Shown here piece by piece: positions 34,200 through 50,512 of a stretch of DNA of 64,000 nt; positions within the stretch are counted from its first letter, which is position 1; the number at the start of each line of letters is the position of its first letter. The DNA lies in assembly GCF_044647545.1 (NCBI RefSeq), contig NZ_CP172818.1. One strand, 5' to 3'. The notes under the pieces were generated by a model. That model was not told the DNA's origin and did no database searches. It saw nothing but the letters and a program-made list of their open reading frames with translations. The position numbers and the translations under genes were made by a program. Source of the DNA: Escherichia coli (GTDB lineage Bacteria; Pseudomonadota; Gammaproteobacteria; Enterobacterales; Enterobacteriaceae).

Positions 34200-35455
34200 G
34201 TGTCGCAAGATAACAACTTTAGCCAGGGGCCAGTCCCGCAGTCGGCGCGGAAAGGGGTATTGGCATTGACGTTCGTCATGCTGGGATTAACCTTCTTTTC
34301 CGCCAGTATGTGGACCGGCGGCACTCTGGAACCGGTCTTAGCTATCATCAATTCTTTCCTCGCAGTTCTCATCGGTAATCTTCTCCTCGGTATTTACACT
34401 TGATTTCTCGGTTACATTGGCGCAAACCGGCCTGACCACTCATCTTCTTGCTCGCTTCTGGTTTGGTGTTAAAGGCTCATGGCTGCCTTCACTGCTACTG
34501 GGCGGAACTCAGGTTGGCTGGTTTGGCGTCGGTGTGGCGATGTTTGCCATTTCGGTGGGTAAGGCAACCGGGCTGGATATTAATTTGCTGATTGCCGTTT
34601 CCGGTTTACTGATGACCGTCACCGTCTTTTTTGGCATTTGGCGCTGACGGTTCTTTCGGTGATTGCGGTTCCGGCTATCGCCTGCCTGGGCGGTTATTCC
34701 GTGTGGCTGGCTGTTAACGGCATGGGCGGCCTGGACGCATTAAAAGCGGTCGTTCCCGCACAACCGTTAATTTCAATCTCGCGCTGGCGCTGGTTGTGGT
34801 CATTTTCTGGTGGGTACGCTCGCCGCTGGCGCCTTTTGTCCGGTTTGGTCGCAATGCCAAACTGGCGGTGCTGGTGGCGATGGTGGCCTTTTTCCTCGGC
34901 AACTGGTTGATGTTTATTTTCGGTGCAGCGGGCGCTGCGGCACTGCGCATGGCGGATATCTCTGATGTGATGATTGCTCAGGGCCTGCTGCTGCCTGCGA
35001 TTGTGGTGCTGGGGCTGAATATCTGGACCACCAACGATAACGCACTCTATGCGTCGGGTTTAGGTTTCGCCAACATTACCGGGATGTCGAGCAAAACCCT
35101 TTCGGTAATCAACGGTATTATCGGTACGGTCTGCGCATTATGGCTGTATAACAATTTTGTCGGCTGGTTGACCTTCCTTTCGGCAGCTATTCCTCCAGTG
35201 GGTGGCGTGATCATCGCCGACTATCTGATGAACCGTCGCCGCTATGAGCACTTTGCGACCACGCGTATGATGAGTGTCAATTGGGTGGCGATTCTGGCGG
35301 TCGCCTTGGGGATTGCTGCAGGCCACTGGTTACCGGGAATTGTTCCGGTCAACGCGGTATTAGGTGGCGCGCTGAGCTATCTGATCCTTAACCCGATTTT
35401 GAATCGTAAAACGACAGCAGCAATGACGCATGTGGAGGCTAACAGTGTCGAATAA
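34200..35455 (+). pseudogene. codB: Cytosine permease gene, split into 4 frame segments
   Basis: Track ORFs 34200..34403, 34417..34647, 34638..34910 and 34796..35455 read as consecutive permease segments; span 1256 bp. Confidence 0.7.
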
Positions 35456-36728
35456 CGCTTTACAAACAATTATTAACGCCCGGTTACCAGGCGAAGAGGG
35501 GCTGTGGCAGATTCATCTGCAGGACGGAAAAATCAGCGCCATTGATGCGCAATCCGGCGTGATGCCCATAACTGAAAACAGCCTGGATGCCGAACAAGGT
35601 TTAGTTATACCGCCGTTTGTGGAGCCACATATTCACCTGGACACCACGCAAACCGCCGGACAACCGAACTGGAATCAGTCCGGCACGCTGTTTGAAGGCA
35701 TTGAACGCTGGGCCGAGCGCAAAGCGTTATTAACCCATGACGATGTGAAACAACGCGCATGGCAAACGCTGAAATGGCAGATTGCCAACGGCATTCAGCA
35801 TGTGCGTACCCATGTCGATGTTTCGGATGCAACGCTAACTGCGCTGAAAGCAATGCTGGAAGTGAAGCAGGAAGTCGCGCCGTGGATTGATCTGCAAATC
35901 GTCGCCTTCCCTCAGGAAGGGATTTTGTCGTATCCCAACGGTGAAGCGTTGCTGGAAGAGGCGTTACGCTTAGGGGCAGATGTAGTGGGGGCGATTCCGC
36001 ATTTTGAATTTACCCGTGAATACGGCGTGGAGTCGCTGCATAAAACCTTCGCCCTGGCGCAAAAATACGACCGTCTCATCGACGTTCACTGTGATGAGAT
36101 CGATGACGAGCAGTCGCGCTTTGTCGAAACCGTTGCTGCCCTGGCGCACCATGAAGGCATGGGCGCGCGAGTCACCGCCAGCCACACCACGGCAATGCAC
36201 TCCTATAACGGGGCGTATACCTCACGCCTGTTCCGCTTGCTGAAAATGTCCGGTATTAACTTTGTCGCCAACCCGCTGGTCAATATTCATCTGCAAGGAC
36301 GTTTCGATACGTATCCAAAACGTCGCGGCATCACGCGCGTTAAAGAGATGCTGGAGTCCGGCATTAACGTCTGCTTTGGTCACGATGATGTCTTCGATCC
36401 GTGGTATCCGCTGGGAACGGCGAATATGCTGCAAGTGCTGCATATGGGGCTGCATGTTTGCCAGTTGATGGGCTACGGGCAGATTAACGATGGCCTGAAT
36501 TTAATCACCCACCACAGCGCAAGGACGTTGAATTTGCAGGATTACGGCATTGCCGCCGGAAACAGCGCCAACCTGATTATCCTGCCGGCTGAAAATGGGT
36601 TTGATGCGCTGCGCCGTCAGGTTCCGGTACGTTATTCGGTACGTGGCGGCAAGGTGATTGCCAGCACACAACCGGCACAAACCACCGTATATCTGGAGCA
36701 GCCAGAAGCCATCGATTACAAACGTTGA
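35445..36728 (+). CDS. codA: Cytosine deaminase, GTG start
   Basis: ORF track 35430..36728; GTG at 35445 gives 427 aa; HxH metal motif PHIHLD. Confidence 0.9.
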
Positions 36729-36750
36729 ACGACTGGGTTACAGCGAGCTT

Positions 36751-37150
36751 AGTTTATGCCGGATGCGGCGTGAACGCCTTATCCGGCCTACGTAGAGCAC
36801 TGAACTCGTAGGCCTGATAAGCGTAGCGCATCAGGCAATTCCAGCCGCTGATCTGTGTCAGCGGCTACCGTGATTCATTCCCGCCAACAACCGCGCATTC
36901 CTCCAACGCCATGTGCAAAAATGCCTTCGCAGCGGCTGTCTGCCAGCTGTAGTTTATGCCGGATGCGGCGTGAACGCCTTATCCGGCCTACGTAGAGCAC
37001 TGAACTCGTAGGCCTGATAAGCGTAGCGCATCAGGCAATTCCAGCCGCAGACCTGTGTCAGCGGCTACCGTGATTCATTTCCGCCAACAACCGCGCATTT
37101 ATCCAACGCCATGTGCAAAAATGCCTTCGCGGCGGCTGTCTGCCAGCTAT
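36751..37150. repeat. Tandem direct duplication, 2 x 200 bp at about 97% identity, each copy holding a REP element, a hairpin and the last ~85 bp of cynR
   Basis: Copy 1 at 36751..36950 and copy 2 at 36951..37150 aligned by eye; about 6 mismatches. Confidence 0.85.
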
Positions 37151-37964
37151 TTTTCCGCCGCAACAAAACCGCCGTTCTCTCCAGTAGTGGCGGGGCAAGA
37201 GAAATAGCTTTAAGCCCGTCATGTTGTGTGGCAATCGCTGCTGGTAACAATGTGGAAAGGGAAGTGCGGCGAATCAGCTCCAGAACCGCGCTAATTGAGT
37301 TCGCCTCAATGACCACCTGTGGATGTAGCCCCGCTTTCTCGCAGTAGTGGTCAATTTGCTCTCTGGTGGCAAATTCCGCGCTGAGCAGGACCAGTTTTTC
37401 ATCATGCAAGCGACTCAACGCCACCTGTTCATGGACGGCCAGCGGATGATGTTGCGCCACGACTAACGCTAAACTTTCTGTCAGTAAAGGAATTGCCTCC
37501 AGCTCCGGCGAATGCACAGGCGCGAAGGCAATCCCAACGTCCAACTCGTCGCGGCAAAGCATATCCTCGATTTTCTCCTGCGACATTTCCTGTAGCTGGA
37601 GCGTGATGCTGGGATAGCGCGCATAGAAATCCGCCATTAAGGGGCCGATAAAGTAGCTCGTAAAGGTGGGGGTGACGGCGATACGCAGCGATCCTCGCGT
37701 CAGATCGGCAACATCATGAATCGCCCGTTTACCCGCCCCCAGTTCCTGTAACGCCCGGCTGGCGTACTGTCGCCAGACTTCTCCTGCATCAGTGAGACGA
37801 ATCGTTCGCCCGCTACGGTCAAACAGCGGCACGCCTAAACTCTCCTCTAACTGGCGAATCTGCTGGGAAAGCGCAGGTTGGGAGACGTGCAACGCACTGG
37901 CGGCACGGGTGAAGCTGCCATGTTCAGCCACGGCAAGAAAATAATTGATATGTCGAGAGAGCAT
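37065..37964 (-). CDS. cynR: LysR-family activator of the cyn operon
   Basis: ORF track 37065..38048; ATG at 37964 gives 299 aa. Confidence 0.9.
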   Translation of the reverse strand: MLSRHINYFLAVAEHGSFTRAASALHVSQPALSQQIRQLEESLGVPLFDRSGRTIRLTDAGEVWRQYASRALQELGAGKRAIHDVADLTRGSLRIAVTPTFTSYFIGPLMADFYARYPSITLQLQEMSQEKIEDMLCRDELDVGIAFAPVHSPELEAIPLLTESLALVVAQHHPLAVHEQVALSRLHDEKLVLLSAEFATREQIDHYCEKAGLHPQVVIEANSISAVLELIRRTSLSTLLPAAIATQHDGLKAISLAPPLLERTAVLLRRKNSWQTAAAKAFLHMALDKCAVVGGNESR

Positions 37965-38072
37965 TCGCAACCTATAAGTAAATCCAATGGAACTCATCAT
38001 AAATGAGACTTTTACCTTATGACAATCGGCGAGTAGTCTGCCTCTCATTCCAGAGACAGACAGAGGTTAACG

Positions 38073-38732
38073 GTGAAAGAGATTATTGATGGATTCCTTA
38101 AATTCCAGCGCGAGGCATTTCCGAAGCGGGAAGCCTTGTTTAAACAGCTGGCGACACAGCAAAGCCCGCGCACACTTTTTATCTCCTGCTCCGACAGCCG
38201 TCTGGTCCCTGAGCTGGTGACGCAACGTGAGCCTGGCGATCTGTTCGTTATTCGCAACGCGGGCAATATCGTCCCTTCCTACGGGCCGGAACCCGGTGGC
38301 GTTTCTGCTTCGGTGGAGTATGCCGTCGCTGCGCTTCGGGTATCTGACATTGTGATTTGTGGTCATTCCAACTGTGGCGCGATGACCGCCATTGCCAGCT
38401 GTCAGTGCATGGACCATATGCCTGCCGTCTCCCACTGGCTGCGTTATGCCGATTCAGCCCGCGTCGTTAATGAGGCGCGCCCGCATTCCGATTTACCGTC
38501 AAAAGCTGCGGCGATGGTACGTGAAAACGTCATTGCTCAGTTGGCTAATTTGCAAACTCATCCATCGGTGCGCCTGGCGCTCGAAGAGGGGCGGATCGCC
38601 CTGCACGGCTGGGTCTACGACATTGAAAGCGGCAGCATCGCAGCTTTTGACGGCGCAACCCGCCAGTTTGTGCCACTGGCCGCTAATCCTCGCGTTTGTG
38701 CCATACCGCTACGCCAACCGACCGCAGCGTAA
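38073..38732 (+). CDS. cynT: Beta-class carbonic anhydrase
   Basis: ORF track 38073..38732, 219 aa. Confidence 0.9.
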
Positions 38733-38744
38733 CCTTATTTTTAA

Positions 38745-39233
<489 letters not shown>

Positions 39234-39265
39234 CAGCCATGCGCAACCATCAAAAGACGTTCACG

Positions 39266-40420
39266 ATGCTGCTGGTACTGGTGCTGATTGGTCTTAATAT
39301 GCGACCACTGCTCACCTCCGTCGGGCCACTGCTACCGCAATTGCGCCAGGCGAGCGGAATGAGCTTTAGCGTGGCTGCCCTGTTGACCGCTCTGCCGGTG
39401 GTTACCATGGGCGGGCTGGCGCTGGCCGGAAGCTGGCTTCATCAGCATGTCAGCGAACGTCGCAGTGTCGCCATCAGTCTGTTGCTGATTGCCGTCGGTG
39501 CATTGATGCGTGAGCTTTACCCGCAAAGTGCGCTGCTGCTTAGCAGCGCACTGCTTGGTGGGGTGGGGATCGGCATCATTCAGGCGGTGATGCCTTCGGT
39601 GATTAAACGGCGGTTTCAGCAGCGCACGCCACTGGTGATGGGGCTGTGGTCCGCGGCTCTGATGGGCGGCGGTGGGCTTGGTGCCGCCATAACGCCCTGG
39701 TTAGTTCAACATAGCGAAACCTGGTATCAAACACTCGCCTGGTGGGCGCTGCCTGCCGTTGTTGCGCTCTTTGCCTGGTGGTGGCAAAGCGCCCGCGAGG
39801 TCGCCTCTTCCCACAAGACAACAACCACTCCGGTTCGCGTGGTATTCACTCCCCGCGCGTGGACGCTGGGTGTTTACTTCGGTCTGATTAACGGCGGTTA
39901 CGCCAGCCTGATTGCCTGGTTACCCGCTTTCTATATTGAGATTGGTGCCAGCGCGCAGTACAGCGGTTCCTTACTGGCATTGATGACGCTTGGGCAAGCC
40001 GCAGGAGCTTTGCTGATGCCTGCTATGGCTCGCCATCAGGATCGGCGCAAACTGTTAATGCTGGCGCTGGTGTTACAACTGGTGGGGTTCTGCGGCTTTA
40101 TCTGGCTGCCGATGCAATTGCCGGTATTGTGGGCGATGGTGTGTGGGTTAGGTCTGGGCGGCGCGTTTCCGCTCTGTTTGCTGCTGGCGCTCGATCACTC
40201 TGTGCAACCGGCTATTGCTGGCAAGCTGGTGGCGTTTATGCAGGGAATCGGTTTTATCATCGCCGGGCTTGCCCCGTGGTTTTCTGGCGTGCTGCGTAGT
40301 ATCAGCGGCAATTACCTGATGGACTGGGCATTTCATGCGCTGTGCGTCGTTGGGCTGATGATCATAACCCTGCGTTTTGCACCAGTACGTTTTCCGCAGC
40401 TGTGGGTCAAAGAGGCATGA
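39266..40420 (+). CDS. cynX: MFS cyanate transporter
   Basis: ORF track 39239..40420; ATG at 39266 gives 384 aa. Confidence 0.85.
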   Translation: MLLVLVLIGLNMRPLLTSVGPLLPQLRQASGMSFSVAALLTALPVVTMGGLALAGSWLHQHVSERRSVAISLLLIAVGALMRELYPQSALLLSSALLGGVGIGIIQAVMPSVIKRRFQQRTPLVMGLWSAALMGGGGLGAAITPWLVQHSETWYQTLAWWALPAVVALFAWWWQSAREVASSHKTTTTPVRVVFTPRAWTLGVYFGLINGGYASLIAWLPAFYIEIGASAQYSGSLLALMTLGQAAGALLMPAMARHQDRRKLLMLALVLQLVGFCGFIWLPMQLPVLWAMVCGLGLGGAFPLCLLLALDHSVQPAIAGKLVAFMQGIGFIIAGLAPWFSGVLRSISGNYLMDWAFHALCVVGLMIITLRFAPVRFPQLWVKEA

Positions 40421-40447
40421 TGCGACGCTTGTTCCTGCGCTTTGTTC

Positions 40448-40512
40448 ATGCCGGATGCGGCTAATGTAGATCGCTGAACTTGTAGGCCTGATAAGCGCAG
40501 CGTATCAGGCAA
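40448..40512. repeat. REP element between cynX and lacA
   Basis: GCCGGATGCGGC...GTAGGCCTGATAAGCGCAGCGTATCAGGC read directly. Confidence 0.6.
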
Positions 40513-40522
40513 TTTTTATAAT

Positions 40523-41134
40523 TTAAACTGACGATTCAACTTTATAATCTTTGAAATAATAGTGCTTATCCCGGTCGTTTATTTCGCGAATAACCCGACA
40601 AGGAACGCCAGCCGCCACGACGTTTGGTGGAATGTCTTTTGTGACGATACTACCCGCGCCAATAACAGAATTATCCCCGATGGTGACGCCTGGATTAATA
40701 ACCACATGACTTCCGATCCAGACGTTATTGCCAATCGTTATCGGAAAAGAGTACATCTCGCCGTTTTTTCTCAATTCATGGTGTACAGGGTGTCCCGTAA
40801 CGGAAAGAGTAACGTTGGGTGCAATCAGTACGTTATCACCGATTGTTACCGTGTAGTCATCGACAATGGTTAAATTGAAATTTGCATAAAAATTGCGGCC
40901 TATATGGATGTTGGAACCGTAAGAGAAATAGACAGGCGGTTCTACCCAGGCGTTTTCCCCTACCGTGGCAAACATTTCTTTAATCAGGCTTTCTCTTTTT
41001 TCAACTTCTGATGGATGCGAGTGATTAAACTCATACATTAACGTTTTCCCACGAAGTCTTTTTTCCGGTAAGCCTTCGCACATATCGGTAAATAGCTTGC
41101 CTGCTCTTATTCTTTCGGTCATTGGCATGTTCAA
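40523..41134 (-). CDS. lacA: Galactoside O-acetyltransferase, TTG start
   Basis: ORF track 40523..41185; hexapeptide-repeat acetyltransferase; TTG at 41134 gives 203 aa. Confidence 0.9.
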   Translation of the reverse strand: MNMPMTERIRAGKLFTDMCEGLPEKRLRGKTLMYEFNHSHPSEVEKRESLIKEMFATVGENAWVEPPVYFSYGSNIHIGRNFYANFNLTIVDDYTVTIGDNVLIAPNVTLSVTGHPVHHELRKNGEMYSFPITIGNNVWIGSHVVINPGVTIGDNSVIGAGSIVTKDIPPNVVAAGVPCRVIREINDRDKHYYFKDYKVESSV

Positions 41135-41160
41135 TGCGATCACTCCGTTATGATATGTTG

Positions 41161-41190
41161 GTCGGATAAGGCGCTCGCGCCGCATCCGAC
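41161..41190. repeat. REP element between lacA and lacY
   Basis: GTCGGATAAGGCGCTCGCGCCGCATCCGAC palindrome. Confidence 0.55.
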
Positions 41191-41199
41191 ATTGATTGC

Positions 41200-42498
<1,299 letters not shown>

Positions 42499-42504
42499 TT
42501 ATTA

Positions 42505-45617
<3,113 letters not shown>

Positions 45618-45622
45618 TCACA

Positions 45623-45686
45623 CAACATACGAGCCGGACGCATAAAATGTAAAGCCTGGGGTGCCTAATGAGTGAGCTGACTCACA
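45623..45686 (-). promoter_or_regulatory. lac promoter: -10 TATGTT (45623-45629), -35 TTTACA (45648-45653) and CAP site (45668-45686)
   Basis: Reverse complement reads TGTGAGTCAGCTCACTCATTAGGCACCCCAGGCTTTACATTTTATGCGTCCGGCTCGTATGTTGTGTG. Confidence 0.85.
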
Positions 45687-45701
45687 TTAATTGCGTTGCG
45701 C

Positions 45702-46784
45702 TCACTGCCCGCTTTCCAGTCGGGAAATTTGTCGCGCCAGCTGCATTAAAGAATCTGCCAACGCCTGGGGAGAAGCGGTTTGCGTATTGGACGGAAGGGT
45801 GGTTTTTCTTTTCACCAGTGAGACGGGCAACAGCTGATTGCCCTTCACCGCCTGGCCCTGAGAGAGTTGCAGCAAGCGGTCCACGCTGGTTTGCCCCAGC
45901 AGGCGAAAATCCTGTTTGATGGTGGTTAACGGCGGGATATAACACGAGCTGTCTTCGGTATCGTCGTATCCCACTACCGAGATATCCGCACCAACGCGCA
46001 GCCCGGACTCGGTAATGGCGCGCATTGCGCCCAGCGCCATCTGATCGTTGGCAACCAGCATCGCAGTGGGGACGATGCCCTCATTCAGCATTTGCATGGT
46101 TTGTTGAAAACCGGACATGGCACTCCAGTCGCCTTCCCGTTCCGCTATCGGCTGAATTTGATTGCGTGTGAGATATTTATGCCAGCCCGCCAGACGCAGA
46201 CGCGCCGAGACAGAACTTAATGGACCTGCTAACAGCGCGATTTGCTGGTGACCCAATGCGACCAGATGCTCCACGCCCAGTCGCGTACCGTCTTCATGGG
46301 AGAAAATAATACTGTTGATGGGTGTCTGGTCAGAGACATCAAGAAATAAAGCCGGAACATTAGCGCAGGCAGCTTCCACAGCAATGGCATCCTGGTCATC
46401 CAGCGGATAGTTAATGATCAGCCCACTGACGCGTTGCGCGAGAAGATTGTGCACCGCCGCTTTACAGGCTTCGACGCCGCTTCGTTCTACCATCGACACC
46501 ACCACGCTGGCACCCAGTTGATCAGCGCGAGATTTAATCGCCGCGACAATTTGCGACGGCGCGTGCAGGGCCAGACTGGAAGTGGCAACGCCAATCAGCA
46601 ACGACTGTTTGCCCGCCAGTTGTTGTGCCACGCGGTTGGGAATGTAATTCAGCTCCGCCATCGCCGCTTCCACTTTTTCCCGCGTTTTCGCAGAAACGTG
46701 GCTGGCCTGGTTCACCACGCGGGAAACGGTCTGATAAGAGACACCGGCATATTCTGCGACATCGTATAGCGTTACTGGTTTCAC
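45702..46784 (-). CDS. lacI: Lactose repressor, GTG start
   Basis: ORF track 45702..46793; GTG at 46784 gives 360 aa beginning VKPVTLYDVAEYAGVSYQTVSRVVNQ. Confidence 0.95.
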   Translation of the reverse strand: MKPVTLYDVAEYAGVSYQTVSRVVNQASHVSAKTREKVEAAMAELNYIPNRVAQQLAGKQSLLIGVATSSLALHAPSQIVAAIKSRADQLGASVVVSMVERSGVEACKAAVHNLLAQRVSGLIINYPLDDQDAIAVEAACANVPALFLDVSDQTPINSIIFSHEDGTRLGVEHLVALGHQQIALLAGPLSSVSARLRLAGWHKYLTRNQIQPIAEREGDWSAMSGFQQTMQMLNEGIVPTAMLVANDQMALGAMRAITESGLRVGADISVVGYDDTEDSSCYIPPLTTIKQDFRLLGQTSVDRLLQLSQGQAVKGNQLLPVSLVKRKTTLPSNTQTASPQALADSLMQLARQISRLESGQ

Positions 46785-46860
46785 ATTCACCACCCTGAAT
46801 TGACTCTCTTCCGGGCGCTATCATGCCATACCACGAAAGGTTTTGCGCCATTCGATGGTT

Positions 46861-47694
46861 TCAGCGTAAATGCACGCCGCTTCGCCTTCCCGCTACCAGA
46901 ATAGCCTGCGATTCAACCCCTTCTTCGATCTGTTTTGCCACCCGTTGCAGCGCCGGAAGATGCTTTTCCGCTGCCTGTTCGATGGTCATTGCGCTCGCCA
47001 TATACACCAGATTCAGACAGCCAATCACCCGTTGTTCACTGCGCAGCGGTACGGCGATAGAGGCGATCTTCTCCTCCTGATCCCAGCCGCGGTAGTTCTG
47101 TCCGTACCCCTCTTTGCGCGCGCGCGCCAGAATGGCTTCCAGCTTTAACGGTTCTCGTGCCAGTTGATAGTCATCACCGGGGCGGGAGGCTAACATCTCG
47201 ATTAATTCCTTGCGTTCTTGTTCCGGGCAAAAGGCCAGCCAGGTCAGGCCCGAGGCGGTTTTCAGAAGCGGTAACCGTCGCCCGACCATTGCCCGGTGAA
47301 AAGATAAGCGGCTGAAACGATGGGTGGTTTCGCGTACCACCATTGCATCAACATCCAGCGTGGACACATCTGTCGGCCATACCACTTCGCGCAACAGATC
47401 GCCCAGCAGTGGGGCCGCCAGTGCAGAAATCCACTGTTCGTCACGAAATCCTTCGCTTAATTGCCGCACTTTGATGGTCAGACGAAAACTGTCATCGGAG
47501 GTACTGCGCCGGACATATCCCTCTTCCAGTAACGTCTCCAGCAGTCGCCGCACAGTGGTGCGATGCAGGCCGCTGAGTTCCGCCAGCAGCCCGACGCTGG
47601 CACCGCCGTCAAGTTTATTTAACATATTTAATAACATTAGACCGCGGGTTAAGCCGCGCACGGTTTTGTATTCCGTCTGCTCATTGTTCTGCAT
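46861..47694 (-). CDS. mhpR: IclR-family activator of the mhp operon
   Basis: ORF track 46861..47706; ATG at 47694 gives 277 aa. Confidence 0.85.
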   Translation of the reverse strand: MQNNEQTEYKTVRGLTRGLMLLNMLNKLDGGASVGLLAELSGLHRTTVRRLLETLLEEGYVRRSTSDDSFRLTIKVRQLSEGFRDEQWISALAAPLLGDLLREVVWPTDVSTLDVDAMVVRETTHRFSRLSFHRAMVGRRLPLLKTASGLTWLAFCPEQERKELIEMLASRPGDDYQLAREPLKLEAILARARKEGYGQNYRGWDQEEKIASIAVPLRSEQRVIGCLNLVYMASAMTIEQAAEKHLPALQRVAKQIEEGVESQAILVAGRRSGVHLR

Positions 47695-47726
47695 ATTAAT
47701 TGACATTTATATAGTTAAAACAACGT

Positions 47727-47743
47727 TGTGCACCTGGTGCACA
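47727..47743. promoter_or_regulatory. Perfect 17-bp palindrome TGTGCACCTGGTGCACA in the mhpR/mhpA divergent region; candidate MhpR operator
   Basis: Read directly; lies between the divergent mhpR and mhpA starts. Confidence 0.5.
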
Positions 47744-47884
47744 TTCGGGCATGTTTTGATTGTAGCCGAAAACACCCTTCCTATACTGAGCGCACAATAA
47801 AAAATCATTTACATGCTTTTAACAAAATAAGTTGCGCTGTACTGTGCGCGCAACGGCATTTTGTCCGAGTCGTGAGGTACTGAA

Positions 47885-49549
47885 ATGGCAATACAACACC
47901 CTGACATCCAGCCTGCTGTTAACCATAGCGTTCAGGTGGCGATCGCTGGTGCCGGTCCGGTCGGGCTGATGATGGCGAACTATCTCGGCCAGATGGGCAT
48001 TGACGTGCTGGTGGTGGAGAAACTCGATAAGTTGATCGACTACCCGCGTGCGATTGGTATTGATGACGAGGCGCTGCGCACCATGCAGTCGGTTGGCCTG
48101 GTCGATAATGTTCTGCCGCACACTACGCCGTGGCACGCGATGCGTTTTCTCACCCCAAAAGGTCGCTGTTTTGCTGATATTCAGCCAATGACCGATGAAT
48201 TTGGCTGGCCGCGCCGTAACGCCTTTATTCAGCCTCAGGTCGATGCGGTAATGCTGGAAGGATTGTCGCGTTTTCCGAATGTGCGCTGCCTGTTTTCCCG
48301 CGAGCTGGAGGCCTTCAGCCAGCAAGATGACGAAGTGACCGTGCACCTGAAAACGGCAGAAGGGCAGCGGGAAACGGTCAAAGCCCAGTGGCTGGTGGCC
48401 TGTGATGGTGGGGCAAGTTTTGTCCGTCGCACCCTGAATGTGCCGTTTGAAGGTAAAACTGCGCCAAATCAGTGGATTGTGGTAGATATCGCCAACGATC
48501 CGTTAAGTACGCCGCATATCTATTTGTGTTGTGATCCGGTGCGCCCGTATGTTTCTGCCGCGCTGCCTCATGCGGTACGTCGCTTTGAATTTATGGTGAT
48601 GCCGGGAGAAACCGAAGAACAGCTGCGTGAGCCGCAAAATATGCGCAAGCTGTTAAGCAAAGTGCTGCCTAATCCGGACAATGTTGAATTGATTCGCCAG
48701 CGTGTCTACACCCACAACGCGCGACTGGCGCAACGTTTTCGTATTGATCGCGTACTGCTGGCGGGCGATGCCGCGCACATCATGCCGGTGTGGCAGGGGC
48801 AGGGCTATAACAGTGGTATGCGCGACGCCTTTAACCTCGCATGGAAACTGGCGTTGGTTATCCAGGGGAAAGCCCGCGATGCGCTGCTCGATACCTATCA
48901 ACAAGAACGTCGCGATCACGCCAAAGCGATGATTGACCTGTCCGTGACGGCGGGCAACGTGCTGGCTCCGCCGAAACGCTGGCAGGGTACGTTACGTGAC
49001 GGCGTTTCCTGGCTGCTGAATTATCTGCCGCCAGTAAAACGCTACTTCCTCGAAATGCGCTTCAAGCCGATGCCGCAATATTACGGCGGTGCGCTGGTGC
49101 GTGAGGGCGAAGCGAAGCACTCTCCGGTCGGCAAGATGTTTATTCAGCCGAAAGTCACGCTGGAAAACGGCGACGTGACGCTGCTCGATAACGCGATCGG
49201 CGCGAACTTCGCGGTAATTGGCTGGGGATGCAATCCACTGTGGGGGATGAGCGACGAGCAAATCCAGCAGTGGCGCGCGTTGGGCACACGCTTCATTCAG
49301 GTGGTGCCGGAAGTGCAAATTCATACCGCACAGGATAACCACGACGGCGTACTACGCGTGGGGGATACGCAAGGTCGCCTGCGTAGCTGGTTCGCGCAAC
49401 ACAATGCTTCGCTGGTGGTGATGCGCCCGGATCGCTTTGTTGCCGCCACCGCCATTCCGCAAACCCTGGGCAAGACCCTGAATAAACTGGCGTCGGTGAT
49501 GACGCTGACCCGCCCTGATGCCGACGTTTCTGTCGAAAAGGTAGCCTGA
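47885..49549 (+). CDS. mhpA: 3-(3-hydroxyphenyl)propionate hydroxylase (FAD monooxygenase)
   Basis: ORF track 47885..49549, 554 aa, GAGPVG FAD motif. Confidence 0.9.
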   Translation: MAIQHPDIQPAVNHSVQVAIAGAGPVGLMMANYLGQMGIDVLVVEKLDKLIDYPRAIGIDDEALRTMQSVGLVDNVLPHTTPWHAMRFLTPKGRCFADIQPMTDEFGWPRRNAFIQPQVDAVMLEGLSRFPNVRCLFSRELEAFSQQDDEVTVHLKTAEGQRETVKAQWLVACDGGASFVRRTLNVPFEGKTAPNQWIVVDIANDPLSTPHIYLCCDPVRPYVSAALPHAVRRFEFMVMPGETEEQLREPQNMRKLLSKVLPNPDNVELIRQRVYTHNARLAQRFRIDRVLLAGDAAHIMPVWQGQGYNSGMRDAFNLAWKLALVIQGKARDALLDTYQQERRDHAKAMIDLSVTAGNVLAPPKRWQGTLRDGVSWLLNYLPPVKRYFLEMRFKPMPQYYGGALVREGEAKHSPVGKMFIQPKVTLENGDVTLLDNAIGANFAVIGWGCNPLWGMSDEQIQQWRALGTRFIQVVPEVQIHTAQDNHDGVLRVGDTQGRLRSWFAQHNASLVVMRPDRFVAATAIPQTLGKTLNKLASVMTLTRPDADVSVEKVA

Positions 49550-49550
49550 T

Positions 49551-50495
49551 ATGCACGCTTATCTTCACTGTCTTTCCCACTCGCCGCTGGTGGGGTATGT
49601 CGACCCGGCACAAGAGGTACTCGATGAGGTCAATGGCGTGATTGCCAGCGCCCGCGAGCGTATTGCGGCTTTCTCCCCTGAACTGGTGGTGCTGTTTGCG
49701 CCAGATCACTACAACGGCTTTTTCTATGACGTGATGCCACCGTTCTGTTTAGGCGTTGGAGCGACGGCAATTGGTGATTTCGGCAGTGCGGCAGGTGAGC
49801 TGCCCGTGCCTGTGGAGCTGGCGGAGGCCTGTGCGCATGCCGTCATGAAGAGCGGGATCGATCTTGCCGTTTCTTACTGTATGCAGGTGGACCACGGGTT
49901 CGCCCAGCCGCTGGAGTTCCTGCTCGGTGGGCTGGATAAGGTGCCAGTTCTGCCTATGTTCATCAACGGTGTCGCCACGCCGCTGCCCGGTTTCCAGCGT
50001 ACCCGCATGTTGGGGGAAGCCATTGGACGTTTCACCAGCACTCTCAATAAACGCGTGCTGTTCCTTGGGTCCGGTGGGCTTTCCCATCAGCCGCCGGTGC
50101 CAGAACTGGCGAAAGCCGATGCCCATATGCGCGACCGTCTATTGGGGAGCGGGAAAGATTTACCCGCCAGTGAGCGCGAATTGCGTCAGCAACGGGTGAT
50201 TAGCGCCGCTGAGAAGTTTGTTGAGGATCAGAGAACGCTGCATCCGCTCAACCCGATTTGGGATAACCAGTTCATGACTTTGCTGGAGCAGGGACGCATA
50301 CAGGAACTGGATGCCTTCAGTAACGAAGAGCTTTCCGCCATTGCCGGAAAGTCGACACATGAAATCAAAACCTGGGTCGCCGCTTTTGCCGCTATTTCTG
50401 CGTTTGGCAACTGGCGTAGCGAAGGGCGTTATTACCGCCCAATCCCGGAGTGGATTGCCGGATTTGGCTCGTTAAGCGCCAGAACAGAGAACTGA
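49551..50495 (+). CDS. mhpB: 2,3-dihydroxyphenylpropionate 1,2-dioxygenase (extradiol)
   Basis: ORF track 49551..50495, 314 aa. Confidence 0.9.
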
Positions 50496-50512
50496 ATATG
50501 CAGGAGAAGATG

